Assembly (NCBI RefSeq): GCF_006345805.1
Contig: NC_043003.1
Location: 85,498,001 to 85,562,000 of the forward strand
DNA from: Octopus sinensis
Taxonomy: Eukaryota
Direction: 5' to 3'
DNA: 64,000 nucleotides
Part shown: positions 1 through 12,689 of the stretch, in pieces
Numbering within the stretch: position 1 is the stretch's first letter
Layout of the letters: every line of letters starts with the position of its first letter
Made by a program: the position numbers and the translations under genes
Notes under the pieces: generated by a model
What the model was told of the DNA's origin: nothing
The model's database searches: none
Seen by the model: only the letters and a program-made list of their open reading frames with translations

Positions 1-939
1 TAAGTGTTCATACTCGACAGAGTGTAAGTACCTTGAGAGAAAAGCTGGACCTAAGAAGCATCAGATGTGGTGTGCAAGAGAGACGTTTGCGCTGGTATGG
101 ACATGTGGCAAGAATGGATGAAGATAGTTGTGTGAAAAAGTGCCACACCCTAGCGGTTGAGGGAACCTGTGGAAGAGGCAGACTCAGGAAAACCTGGGAC
201 GAGGTGGTGAAGCACGACCTTCGAACATTAGGCCTCACCAAGGCAATGACTAGTGACCGAGACCTTTGGAAATATGCTGCGCATGAGAAGACCCGGCAGG
301 ACAAGTGAGACCATCCCGTGGCCTTTGCCAGGGATGTAGCCAGCCCACTTATGCATGCCTTTCCTTCTTTGGACACGCGAAGACCTGTTAAAGCAAGTGA
401 AGTCGAAATTAAATTTGAAATCGGACTTCATCTGACGACTGGCACCCATGCCAACCTCCCTTCATTGGACACTAAACTCTGCTTGCGAAGACCTGTTGGG
501 GCAAGTGAAATCGGAATCGAAAATGAACCAATCCTATGACTGGCACCTGGCAGTTGCCAGTGCCGCTGGATTGAGTCCTGTGCAGGTGGCAAGTAAAAAA
601 ACACTGTTTCGACCCTGTGCTTGAGGAGACCTATTGAGTCAAATACATCAACATCAAAAATCAATGGAAATTGTAGTTGTGATCCCTGTACTGGTGGCAC
701 GTAAAAAGCACCATCCGAACGTGGCCAATGCCAGCGCCGCCTGGCACCTGTGCCGGTGGCATGTAAAAAGCACCCACTACACTCACAGAGTGGTTGGTAT
801 TAGGAAGGGCATCCAGCTGTAGAAACACTGCCAGATCAGACTGGAGCCTGGTGCAGCCTTCTAGCTTCCCAGACCCTGGTTGAACCATCCAACCCATGCT
901 AGCATGGAAAACAGACGTTAAACGATGATGATGATGATT
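1..939 (+). mobile_element. RTE-clade LINE, 3' end (RT C-terminus, long 3' UTR, (GAT)n tail)
   Basis: ORF 33-308 has RRLRWYGHVARM...GRGRLRKTWDEVV...DRDLW, a typical RTE C-terminus. The tail ends ...CCATGCTAGCATGGAAAACAGACGTTAAACGATGATGATG. Closely similar copy at ~39300-40090. Confidence 0.85.
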
Positions 940-1271
940 GTTCTCTAGTTCTTTAAATGGACAGAAAGCTTTTATGATCTCAAACTGGGGTCTGTTCTTC
1001 CAAATGCTCAGCACTAACTAAATAAATAACTGACCTAGTGTACTGTATTTTTATAATTGTTGTTTGGCAAATGAGTCATGAACAGAAGGGTCAACAGGAC
1101 ACATTTAACACAAATAAATGAACTTTTGTTACTTTGCCAGAAAGAACACAAGAGTTGAGAATACAAATTGACGAATTTGCAGGGATGCATAGTCAGTCAT
1201 CTAGAAGTTCAGGTTTCATACTGTACATTGTTGAACAACAGTTATCTAAACAAAGACAAAGGTGATAACTC

Positions 1272-1508
1272 TAACCCTTTGGTGTTTAAGCCGGCCATAT
1301 CCGGCCCAAATATCCTACGTGTTTTACATTCAAACTCGCCATATCTAGCCTCTCACACCTAACCTACATTGACATTCTAAGAATAAACTATCACAGCATT
1401 GAAACTTCAAAGCTGTAAGATAATGTATGATTAATTGAAAATAATTTGATTGAAAAAAGTGAAAAAAGTATTGCATTTAACAGAGTAATCTGAACACTAA
1501 AGGGCTAA
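1272..1508. mobile_element. Short TIR element (piggyBac-like MITE, degenerate)
   Basis: TAACCCTTTGGTGTT at left, AACACTAAAGGGCTA at right. Related copies at 3611-3833 and 6502-6670. Confidence 0.5.
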
Positions 1509-2276
1509 AACTCTTTTTGAATTAAGATGATGCACTAGGGAACTAATTGATTAAAATCAGAAATATTGATCTTTTGCAGATACACTAACAACTCAGGACA
1601 TTTTGGTCATAGAGATTTTCAACAAAGCATAATAATTTAAGATTGGATATGGAAGCTGTATGTGCACATATATGTTTGTATAGAAAATGAAAATAAGGAT
1701 TAGTGAGAGGTAAGAGAAGGGAGTGTGAAGGGTAGCTTGACAAGAGGAGTTAGAAATAGCTTTAAGGAAGTGCAAATATCATCATCTCATTAACCCTCTT
1801 TCTTGCGGGAGAGGAAGAGTAGTAACAAGATGATGACACATGGAGCAAATGATACACTTTATTATATGACTAAATGGCATCATGTGACAAAACACAAAAG
1901 AACAATACTGTTGTTATTATTTATCCCCAGGTCCATTCTGGTTGAGTAAAATTTTGATTAAAGGCATTTTCCATCTATGACAATCATATTCTGTTTTGTA
2001 TATCCGGAACCACGTAACCCCTTTTACCCATTTATACCAAACATAAAGAAGAATTTAACTCTAATGGCTAGACTAATCTACATCCTCTGCTTAACAAACT
2101 GTGAAATGTGTCAAGGAAGTCTTCTTTATTTTCCTATGTACAAAAAAAAAAATGTATTTACACCAGTTTAAGAATTCCCAGTAAAAGGCTTTAAAAACTG
2201 TAGTTTAACTACTTTGAAATTATTGTGTGCTCTCAAATACTCAGTGTGTTGTGCATAACTATTTATTATTTACATA

Positions 2277-2677
2277 GGCGTAGGAGTGGCTGTGTGGTAA
2301 GTAGCTTGCTTACCAACAACATGGTTCTGGGTTCAATCCCACTGCATGGCACCTACTATAGCCTCGGGCCGACCAAAGCCTTGTGAGTGGATTTGGTAGA
2401 CGGAAACTGAAAGAAGCCCATCCTAGATATATATATATATATATATATGTATATGTATGTATGTTTGTGTATATATTTATGAATCTGTGTTTGTCCCCCC
2501 AACATCGCTTGACAACCGATGCTGGTGTGTTTACGTCCTCATATCTTAGCGTTTCAGCAAAAGAGACCGATAGAATAAATACTAGGCTTACAAGGAATAA
2601 GTCCTGGGATTGATTTGCTTGACTAAAGGCAATGCTCCAGCATGGCCACAGTCAAATGACTGAAACAAGTAAAAGAG
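2277..2677 (+). mobile_element. tRNA-derived SINE, family A (internal microsatellite)
   Basis: Head GGCGTAGGAGTGGCTGTGTGGTAAG...GGTTCAATCCC (A/B-box-like), central (TA)n, tail CAGTCAAATGACTGAAACAAGTAAAAGAG. More than 10 related copies in the window. Confidence 0.85.
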
Positions 2678-3006
2678 TATGTATATATAAATAAACTTTA
2701 TCTGCTTTGTGTACTTTGTATATTTGAACATAATTCAGTATATAATTACATACTGATTAACTACATAATTCAGTTAATTACTTAATTTTTCATAATGCCA
2801 AAGAACTTAGTATCAAATATATATAAAATTAACCAAATACAAATTAAAATAAACTTCAGTTAATTGCATAAAATTCCCCCCCAAGCTTAAAGTTCAAAAA
2901 TTGGTGTAATGTAGCATTAAATGAATGTTTATTTGATTTGGTATGAATTAAGTGAGTCTAATTCAAAGAAATGGTTGAAATAACTTTTTAGAGAGAATGT
3001 GAGTAG

Positions 3007-3037
<31 letters not shown>

Positions 3038-3039
3038 TA

Positions 3040-3457
3040 CTCTTTACTCTCTTTTATTCTTTTACGTGTTTCAGTCATTTGATTGTGGCCATGCTGGAGC
3101 ACCGCCTTTAATCGAACAAATCGACCCCAGGACTTATTCATTGTAAGCCTAGTACTTATTCTATCGGTCTCTTTTGCCAAAACACTAAGTTACAGGGATG
3201 TAAACACACCAGCATCGGTTGTCAAGCGATGTTGGGGGGACAAACACAGACACACAAACATATACACACATACATACGTATATATACATATATACTACGG
3301 GCTTCTTTCAGTTTCTGTCTACCAAATCCACTCAAAAGGCTTTGGTCAGCCCGAGGCTATAGTAGAAGACACTCGCCCAAGGTGCCACGCAGTGGGACTG
3401 AACCTGGAACCATGTGGTTTGTAAGCAAGCTACTTACCACACAGCCACTCCTACGCC
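3040..3457 (-). mobile_element. SINE family A, full length
   Basis: Reverse complement of the 2277-2677 family. Confidence 0.85.
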
Positions 3458-3610
3458 TATTAAGGTGGCCATTGAAGCATCATGATGGTGATGATGAGAA
3501 TCTTCTGTATCCATGAATAAGCTAAAATGGTAATAGTCAGCACTTCATATTTACAAACAACTAATTTATATAATTAAATGCTTTCAAGTTATTTCAACTA
3601 TTTCTATGAA

Positions 3611-3833
3611 TTAACTCTTTAGCACTTAAACTTGCCATAACTGACCGAAATATTCTACTTGTTTTATGTTCAAACCAGCAACATCTGGCCTGTCACACCT
3701 ACCCAACAATGTTACTCTAAAAATGCACATCATCAATATCCTGTGGCTATCAAGACAATGCATGATTAATTCCAAACAATGGGAACAGATAAGCATTACA
3801 TCTGACAGAGTAATCTGTGGGTTAAAGAGTTGA
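3611..3833. mobile_element. piggyBac-like MITE copy
   Basis: TTAACTCTTTAGCAC...AAAGAGTTGA; internal similarity to 1272-1508. Confidence 0.45.
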
Positions 3834-3855
3834 GGAACTGCCAAAGTATAGAGTC

Positions 3856-4044
3856 TACTCTCTTACTTGTTTCAGTCACTTGACGGTGGGCATGCTGGAG
3901 CACCACCTCTAGTCGAAGAAATCGACCCCAGGACTTATTCTTTGTAAGCCTGCTACTTATTCTATTGGTCTCTTTTGCTGAACTGCTAAGTTATGGGGAC
4001 GTAAACACACCAGCATCGGTTGTCAAGCGATGTTGGGGGGACAA
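3856..4044 (-). mobile_element. SINE family A, 3' half
   Basis: Matches the 3' half of 3040-3457. Confidence 0.75.
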
Positions 4045-4360
4045 CCAAGGGGCATAACTCATAACCTAATCCCATGGTCCTTTATCCTTTCACAGCAGCT
4101 GCTGACTGGTTGTGCTAATCTACCTCTGACAATAGAGAGCAGTCACCATATTCCCTTCCACATTGGCTAACTCTGATGATTATAAAGTTATATAATCGGA
4201 TTGTTACGTAGCACTCCATTGTACTCTTTACTTGAAACTGATTAGTAAGATCAGCCGTGATGAATATTTAATGCTAAACATTTCAGATAATATACCCACT
4301 CTACTAACAGGTATATGAGTATCTTTTCCCTGACTTATGGTCTCTTAGACAACTCACACT

Positions 4361-4361
<1 letters not shown>

Positions 4362-4416
<55 letters not shown>

Positions 4417-4500
4417 GTATGTATGTATGTGTATATGTATGTGTATATATATGTGTGTGTGTGTGTGTACACACACACATACGGATATATACATACATAT
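4362..4500. repeat. Compound (TA)n/(TG)n/(CA)n microsatellite
   Basis: Directly visible. Confidence 0.95.
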
Positions 4501-5311
4501 ATAAGTACATTCAAAGCCTCCCTGGACCTCAAGTGGCCTGAACTCTTTACATGAACACCACCCTGTACTTAACTCCATGTCCCCCTACATGGCCTTGCTA
4601 TTTGCTTTTGAGCCAAATTAACTAACTAACTAACTAACTAGAGATTAAGATGTCCTTATTAAGGGATAATAATATCCAATAAATTACTGCTTCATTGCCT
4701 AGTATTTTTTATGAATAATACTATTCAAAAAATAATAGGTCTAAATATAAATCTTGGTTTATAAATATTCAAAAGAAAATTTAGAAAATGGAGATATAGA
4801 ATCAATATAATTTATTATCTGCAAAAATCCAACATATTCTCTTGTAGCTGATTCAATTTAGACTAAAAGATTAAATTACTATAATTAAATCATCATATTA
4901 GGCAAAATCTCATCAGAGGGGTAAAAAAGATATACTGTTAGATTATTAGGTATTGTATTGTCAAATCCTCTCTGCTGAGATGATCTGAAAACACATAATA
5001 ATATAGACACATAATAAACATGATTATATATTCTGAGTATTCCCAGGGATCATAATGTAATCTTTGTAATATCCTTTTGTGCACCCTGATGATTTTCCAT
5101 CTCAGGATTTTAAAATGCAAGATTATATATGTTTTGTAGCTTTAATTTTAGTTGCAAAATGAAACAATTGTAGGTGAATATGTTAGGCAATTGATAAATT
5201 AATTTCTATCCATTAGATCTCTCTGTTTTGAAACTTCATTATACATATATATATATGTTTCATTTTGGGATTTGGTTTGCAAAGTTCTTTATGTGTGTTC
5301 GTATGTTGAAG

Positions 5312-5488
5312 TATATTCTGTTCTGTCTAGGGAGAGTCATTCTCTTTTAGAGCCTTATAATTTAACACACTCCGGTAAAATTTCCACTCAAAAAATAAAG
5401 AAAGAAATGAGTGGAAATTTTACTGGTGAGTGTGTTAAATCATAAGGCATTAAAAGAGAATGACTCTCCCCAGATACAACAGAATATA
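5312..5488. repeat. Long inverted repeat (arms ~79 nt, 17-nt loop)
   Basis: TATATTCTGTT...AAATTTCCACTCA pairs with TGAGTGGAAATTT...AACAGAATATA, with a few mismatches. Confidence 0.9.
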
Positions 5489-5500
5489 TATATATATACA

Positions 5501-6480
5501 CAGGGGTTGAACAAACTAATGGAAATACCTTAAAATTTCAAACAAATTTATTCTAATGTTGAGTAGGACTGCCTTTGGCAGTAATTACAGCTTCAATTCT
5601 ACGAGATATGGACTCATCAAAGTTTGAATCGTTTCCAAAGGAATTTTTGTCCATTCTTCAGCTAAAACAGTCTCCAGTTCTTGTAGCGATGATGGTGGAT
5701 GATATCAACTCCTTACTTGCTTTTCTAAAATGCACCATAAATGTTTAATAATATTGAGATCTGGGGACTGTGGTCACCAGATAAGATGTTCAACTTCACT
5801 AGAATGCTCCTCGTGCCATTCAGTAACAACTTTAGCAGTGTGAATTGGCGCATTGTCATCCTGAAAGATTGTGTTTCCCTCCAGAAACAGTTCTGCAACC
5901 ATAGGATGAATTTGATCAGATAAAATGCTTAAATAGTTTTGACTATTAATTCTGCCATGAAGGGAAACCATTGGACTGACGGATTTCCAAGATATAGCCC
6001 CTCTCGCCAGGTCATCACAGATCCTCCTCCATGTTTAACAGTTGGAAGAAGGCAGTCTGAGTCAAATGCTTCTTTTAGCTGTCTCCACACATATACTTGG
6101 CCGGTGGTTGGAAATAAGGTAAAGGATGACTTGTCTGAGAAAATAACATTCTTCCACTGCTCTAGGGACCAATTCTGTAAGTTTTTACTCAACTCTAAAC
6201 ACTTTGCAACGTTTGTTTTTGAAAGTAGTGGTTTTCTGATTGCAGCCCTATTTACTGAATTATTTACAAGAAAAGACAACTTTTTCTCATGGTTAAATTT
6301 ATTTCAAGGCTGATAACTGATATTTGTTTAGATTTATAAATTGTTGCAGATGGTAGAACTCTATCTTTGCTGATGTTTTTGACTCCTATCCAATTTAAGT
6401 GAATGAGATAGACTATTTTCAGTTTTTCTGGGTTTTTTTTTTTTTTTTAATGAAAGTAAAAACTTAAATTCTTGCCTCGC
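5501..6480 (-). mobile_element. Tc1-family transposon, degenerate transposase (DD36E-like spacing)
   Basis: Frameshifted ORFs with WKNVIFSDKS, PTVKHGGGSVM, IFQDDNAPIH and *PQSPDLNIIKHLW. TIR-like CAGGGGTTGAACAAA follows a TA run at 5501. The other end is not seen. Confidence 0.9.
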
Positions 6481-6501
6481 CACAAGTTATTCTGTGATAC
6501 T

Positions 6502-6670
6502 TTAAACTCTTAGCATTAAAACTGGGTAGATCTGTCATTGTAAAAATAAATCATGTCACATTGTTAAAATAAAAATTGCAAAGATATGAGATAATGCAGG
6601 ATTTATCCAAAGCAACGTGGAATAAATGAGCATTAGATTAAATAAAGTAATCTGAATGTTGAAGGGTTGA
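6502..6670. mobile_element. piggyBac-like MITE copy, decayed
   Basis: TTAAACTCTTAGCATT...GTAATCTGAATGTTGAAGGGTTGA. Confidence 0.4.
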
Positions 6671-6734
6671 ATAGTAAAAGTCAGTCTTGTGGTTTGAAAG
6701 ATTAACATGATTAGCATCCTAGCATTGTCAATCA

Positions 6735-6866
6735 TCATCATCATCGTTTAACGTCCGCTTTCCATGCTAGCATGGGTTGGATGGTTCAACTGGGGTCTGG
6801 GAAGCCCGAAGGCTGCACCAGGCCCAGTCATATCTGGCAGTGTTTCTAAAGCTGGATGCCCTTCTT
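6735..6866 (-). mobile_element. RTE-derived 3' tail fragment
   Basis: (CAT)n followed by the reverse complement of the 1-939 tail. Confidence 0.8.
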
Positions 6867-7134
6867 TAAAGCAGTTTTCCACAATTTAGTCCAAAAGCAC
6901 AAGCTGACAGATAAACTCTTTTAACCTTTTAGAGAGTCATATGATCTTTTTATAGTGGCTTATTCTCCAAATTGTATGCTTCTTTCAGCTGCCTATTAGA
7001 TGTTAATGAGAAATTGTATACTCTATATAACAGAGAGGATATGTGATGTACTAAATTGGTAGTTGTAGCTTTTATCTTTTACTAGTTTCAGTCATTGGGG
7101 CACCACCTTGAAAAGTTTAGTTGAACATATAAGC

Positions 7135-7505
7135 ACCATTCAAGCATGATTGTTACCAGCATCACCTTACTGATACTTGTGTCAGTGGCACATGAAAAAA
7201 CATTCGAGCGAGGTCGTTGCCAGTGCCACTGGACTGGCTCCTGTGCAAGTGGCATGTAAAAAACACTTTTTGAGTGTGGCCGTTGCCAGTACCGCCTGAC
7301 TGGCCCTTGTGCCAGTGGCACATAAAAGCACCCACTACACTCTCGGAGTGGTTGGCGTTAGGAAGAGCATCCAGCTGTAGAAACTCTGCCAGATCAAGAT
7401 TGGAGCCTGGTGCAGCCCTCTGGTTCGTTAGTCCTCATTCAAATCGTCCAACCCATGCTAGCATGGAAAGCGGACGTTAAATGATGATGATAATGATAAT
7501 GATAC
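7135..7505 (+). mobile_element. RTE-derived 3' UTR/tail, 5'-truncated
   Basis: GCCAGTG subrepeats and tail ...GGACGTTAAATGATGATG. Confidence 0.8.
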
Positions 7506-8099
7506 ACACACACACACATATATAAACAAATGAATAATAATTGATGAGTATACAGGTACTAATTCCTTACAGCTGTTTCTACCATGAGGCAACAAAAACT
7601 TCCAAGTTATCTTCATCCCGTCAGTGATATACGGGGATGAATAGAGATTAGACAGTGTTTGGATAATGGATGTGCCCCTAAGGGTACTTCAGAGGGTCCA
7701 AATGTCAGGGAACTAACATGTGTAAAAGTCAGTTAAAAAATAGAGTAGGGTAAAATAAAATAAAATAAAACATGATAGATATAGTAAAGAAAGGTAAGGA
7801 CTTCAATTAAGGAGTTAATATAATCCATTGTAGTCCATCCTGTAGTATGTAGGTGAATAAAGTCATACTCAGGAGGAATTTCCGCAGGCTGCAGTTCACA
7901 TCATGTTTCCATTATACAGGGGGAAATAGCAAGGGTAGTATGTTATGTGTGTTATGTGTTGGGTTTCATGGGTTGGTCCATGTTATGGGTGGGGGGGTTA
8001 GAAGATATAGCATTATAAAAGGAGTTGGCAGAAATAACTTAGATTAAACCCATTAGGAGAAGTTTAATACATGAGTATATTAATGAAAGAAAATTGGGT

Positions 8100-8871
8100 G
8101 AAGCCAAAATACTATGCTAATATTAGTTACTTCTTGACCGAAACCTGATCTGACAACAAACTATGGGCAAGAAATGATACACCTAGTCTATTTGATATCA
8201 CAATGGGCCAGATTCAGTGGAAGCGACTGACTTAGTGGGAATCTGCCTTTTAGACAACATAAACAAGGAATTCCCAGAATGAAGAGGCAGTCTGTATAGG
8301 GATGACACACTCTTTATAGTTAGTAATCACTCGAATAGATGCCTAGAATTATTAAAGAAACAGCTACACAAGTTCTTCAGTAGATTTGGCCTCTCTATTA
8401 CTATAGAAAACGAAAATTACTCAATTAACTTAGACGTGAACTGTAACTGAACACCAGACTGCATGAACTGTATATGAAACAGAACTCCAACTTAAGGCAT
8501 ATAAATAATTTCAGTAACCATCACCAACAAATAAAAAGAGCCCTTTTAAGAAATATTAGCAAAAGAATCTCAAATCTGTCCTGAAATGAAGAAATTTTTG
8601 ACAAGCACAAGGATAAGTATAATACAGTACTAAAAAAATGCAGAGTATAACTCTTTTACTCTTTTACTTGTTTCAGTCATGTGACTGTGGCCATGCTGGA
8701 GCACCGCCTTTAATCGAGCAACTCGACCCCGGAACTTATTCTTTTGTAAGCCCAGTACTTATTCTATCAGTCTCTTTTTGCCGAACCGCTAAGTAACAGG
8801 GACGTAAACACACCAGCAACGGTTGTCAAGCAATGCTAGGGGGACAAACACACACACATACACATACATAC

Positions 8872-8910
<39 letters not shown>

Positions 8911-9063
8911 GACGGGCTTCTTTTCAGTTTCCGTCTACCAAATCCACTCACAAGGCTTTGGTCGGCCAAGGTGCCACGCAGTAGGACTGAACCCGGAACC
9001 ATGTGGTTGGTTAGCAAGCTACTTACCACACAGCCACTCCTGCAAAATTAAGTACTTTCTCTG

Positions 9064-9094
<31 letters not shown>

Positions 9095-10160
9095 AATAAT
9101 ATGAATACCTAAGATGCAAATAATAATAGAAATAATAATGGAATAAAAAACAAATTTATAAATTCTAGTAGCAAACACAGATGTAAGAATGAAGGAATGA
9201 ATAACATAAAAATTCCTAAACAGGCACATGTCATCAGCCCCATAAATTGTGATAACAATAGTGACACTAATGATAGGCATAACAACAATATTATTATTAA
9301 CAATAAAATGAATGGCCCTGATAATAACAATAGACCTATGAGCAATAACCCCAATCATGCAAATAAAGGAAAATGATACTGTCTGGCTAATACTACTATA
9401 TGCTATGCAAATTAAAAATAACTTAGTAAGAACAATATTTAAATTAATTAACAAATATTTTATAAAAGGAAAAAATAAATACTGGGAAATCATTAATAGT
9501 AAAACAGTAAGGTTAGGATATAATCTGATGCATAACCTGGCCACTATCATCTCCTCCATGAATGATAAAAAATTGACACCTTCTACTTAAATAGGATAGA
9601 TAATAGTAGTAATACACACACTAATAATAACAACAATCATAATAATAGTAATAATAATAATAATAACAACAACAACAACAATAATAATATTAACACCAGT
9701 CATAGCAATTGTAATGATACCACACCTAATGACACTCCAATATACATACTAACTGTACTAGTTTAGCCCCCCGCACAATAGTACAGACCTTGTGATTGCA
9801 GAATTAGCATTAATTGTGTATTTAGTAATAATTGCAATAGAAAAGAAATAGTTTACCAATGTGTAGTGAACACTCAATCGAGTAATAAGGTATATGTGGG
9901 GACCAAGCAGAACCATATGAAACATAGGCTAAATTACCATAAGTAAACCTTCAGAAAAAGGAATAGGAGGAACTCAACAGGATTAAGTAACTATATATGG
10001 GACCTCAAGGATAGGAATATTAGCAATGATCTACATTGGAAAATCCTAGCCTCAGCACCTGGGTATAATGTTAAGAATAAGAAATGCATGTTATGTGAAA
10101 GTGAAATCTTCTTCATGCTTAAGGCCAATCCTCCTCTTCTTAACTCTTTGTTTGCATTCA
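8100..10160 (+). mobile_element. Penelope-like retroelement, degenerate (RT, thumb/linker, GIY-YIG endonuclease), interrupted
   Basis: Manual translation: FDITMG...LVGICLL...LYRDD (~8292)...FGLSITIE...ISKRISNLS; thumb/linker LINKYF...IINSKTVRLGY...IISSMN (9357-9590); endonuclease VYQC...KVYVGT...LSNYIWDLK...WKIL...CMLCESE (~9850-10150). Confidence 0.8.
8651..9043 (-). mobile_element. SINE family A inserted in the Penelope-like element
   Basis: Near full-length family A sequence. Confidence 0.85.
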
Positions 10161-10379
10161 TAAGGCTAAACACACTTTCTCTAAATACCATTAATATCAT
10201 TAATATCAATTATTACTAGTGCTAGTACCCCTCTCAATAACAATAACAATAATATTTTCCCTAATATAAACACTAAATATTGATTACTATCTTTTCCTAA
10301 TGTTATTCATTATGTTTGTTCTTCCTCTCCTAATATTTGTACTTAAAAACACTTTGTGTGTACACATATATGTATATAT

Positions 10380-10701
10380 GTGTGTGTGTGTATGTTTGCG
10401 TGTCTGTGTTTGTGGTGTGTTTACGCCCCATAACTTGGCGGTTCGGCAAAAAAGACCGATAGAATAAGTACTAGACTTCCAAAGAATAAGTCCTGGGTGT
10501 CGATTATATATATATATATATATATATTTACATATATACTACGGTCTTCTTTCAGTTTCTGTCTACCAAATCCACTCACAAGGCTTTGATCGGCTGGAGG
10601 TTATAGTAGAAGACACTTGCCGAAGGTGCGACGCCGTGGGAATGGACCCGGAACCATGTGGTTGGTAAGCAAGCTACTTACCACACAGCCACTCCAGCGC
10701 C
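10380..10701. mobile_element. SINE family A with halves in opposite orientation
   Basis: 3' half on + (~10410-10503), then (TA)n, then 5' half on - (~10540-10701). Confidence 0.7.
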
Positions 10702-11285
10702 TACTTATACCCAGAATCGTTTATAATCTCAACCTTATTTCTAATGTCTGAATGTCTTACACCCTAAAATTAACTGAAATACATAGTTACCTCCCTTCAA
10801 CCATAGTCTACAAGCCTAAAAACCTATTTTAACCCAAATACGTACACTTTAGAACTTGTACTTTCGGACTTTGCTAATAAACTTGTCATTATTACTCAGA
10901 CCTACCCACAACGTAATAACGCTCGATAAATACTATTCTGGCATATGTTTTAGCGTGGCATCTCACTAATGATAATATAATATCAAGATATTTAACTAAG
11001 ATGGAACCTATTGACGGCTGTTTATCCTTTGTTTACCCTTCAACTAAATGCTTCTTTATTTCTCCCTTAAAGAAAACTACTCGTTAATTAGATATGTATC
11101 TCAGATATATTTAAATAAAACACTATTCACATATCTGTAAGTACTTTCCTTGGATCTCTTCCTTTTGAACGGCAGTTTGTAACTTAATTTCTAGGTAACT
11201 AAAAAATTTTAAACCTCGTATACTGGTAGAATGTGTTTATAAAACATCATTTTCTCTTGGCTTTATTGAGAAAATTCTATAGGTT

Positions 11286-11338
<53 letters not shown>

Positions 11339-11947
11339 TTATATATAATAACGAACCATGTAGTTCACACTCTGAAAATGTTATTTCTGTAAAATATTGG
11401 GAGTGGGTAAAATTTCCGAGGTTTCCACCTCACCCCACCCCGCTTTTCGGAACTCCAAAAGGGTTTTGCAGCATATAAGGTCACAGGAATTCATTCAACC
11501 AAAAAAAAAATTTTTTAAATTTCCAATGATTCTGGAAAATCGTGCAGGTATTACTCAAAAAAATTTACCAAAATAGCAACCAAAGTACCACCCTATCTAA
11601 ATCACACGCCTATTGTACGTAATATCCTAGATTATCCCTAAAAATACGGTTTGCTGAAGGCTGGAATGGCTTTGGTGATAGGTTTGCTGTATCAGGGTTG
11701 ATTTGAGGCTAAATAACAACAAAATTATTACTGAGACAGACCAACGACTGGAGCCTGTATGTAGTTGCATAATCTAGAAAAAGTGCTGTCTCGTAGCAAA
11801 TTTATTGAAAGGTGGGTGAATGTCGGTAAAATGGCCAGTATGAATGAACCAATTTTGAGGTTACGTCTGTAAAATAAGAGAATATAAAAGGAGAAGGGGC
11901 TCTCCCCATTTTGGACCAGACTCCCGTGACTTTTATGGGGTTTTCCA

Positions 11948-12636
11948 GGTTAATATAGGGCGTTACGATTATCAGAAAATCAAAAAAAAAATGTGTGTAA
12001 TATGTGTAAAACAACTTCCTATGAACGAATATGAAAAATTTCCAGAATTTCTTCTCTTTATTTTTTTTTTTGCGAAATATGATTTTATGATTCATGTGTG
12101 AGTGTGTGTTCTTGATACTCGTTTAGAACAAGTAGTTTTACACCAATTACACTATTTTTTCTTAGTTTAAAGGCCGTGGACTGAAGATGTGAAATTTCCG
12201 AAGCCTCTCCCCCACCCCTCTTTCGCGAGCGCGCATTTTTTTCATGATAGTCGTTTAGAGCAAGTTGTTTTACACCTATTACGCTGTTTTTGTTTTTGTT
12301 TTTGTGCCCGGTTCAGACGCTTTCGGAAATTCCCGATATAAATATTCCGAGGCCTCTCCCCCACCCCTCTTTCGCGAGAGCGCATTTTTTTTGTCATATT
12401 CGTTTAGAGCAAGTTGTTTTACACATATTACACTATTTTTTTTTTGTTTTGGTGCCCGGGTCAGCCCCTCAGACGCTTTCGGAACTTCCCGATGTGAATT
12501 TTCCGAGGCCTCTCCCCACCCCCCTTTCGCGTGCGCGAATTTTTTTTTTCATATTCGTTCATAGGAAGTTGTTTTACACCTATTACACACATTTTTTTTT
12601 TTGATTTTCTGATAATCGTAACGCCCTATATTAACC
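11948..12636. mobile_element. MITE with ~90-bp TIRs, 8-bp TSD and internal ~135-bp tandem units
   Basis: GGTTAATATAGGGCGTTACGATTATCAGAAAATC... is the reverse complement of the right end. TSD GTTTTCCA at 11940-11947 and 12637-12644. Confidence 0.9.
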
Positions 12637-12689
12637 GTTTTCCATGAGTAACCTTTCAAAGCGCCTCGCTCTATTGGGAGTTTTTTCTA

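Noticed and set aside
2277-2345. tRNA genes
   Set aside because: A/B-box-like heads belong to SINEs and do not form complete cloverleaves.
4170-4205. Hammerhead candidate CTGATGATTATA...TATAATCGGAT
   Set aside because: Lacks GAAA and stems I/III; candidates at ~4910 and ~4967 are likewise incomplete.
9023-9559. 178-aa Ile-rich minus ORF
   Set aside because: Antisense reading of an AAT-rich stretch within the Penelope-like element.
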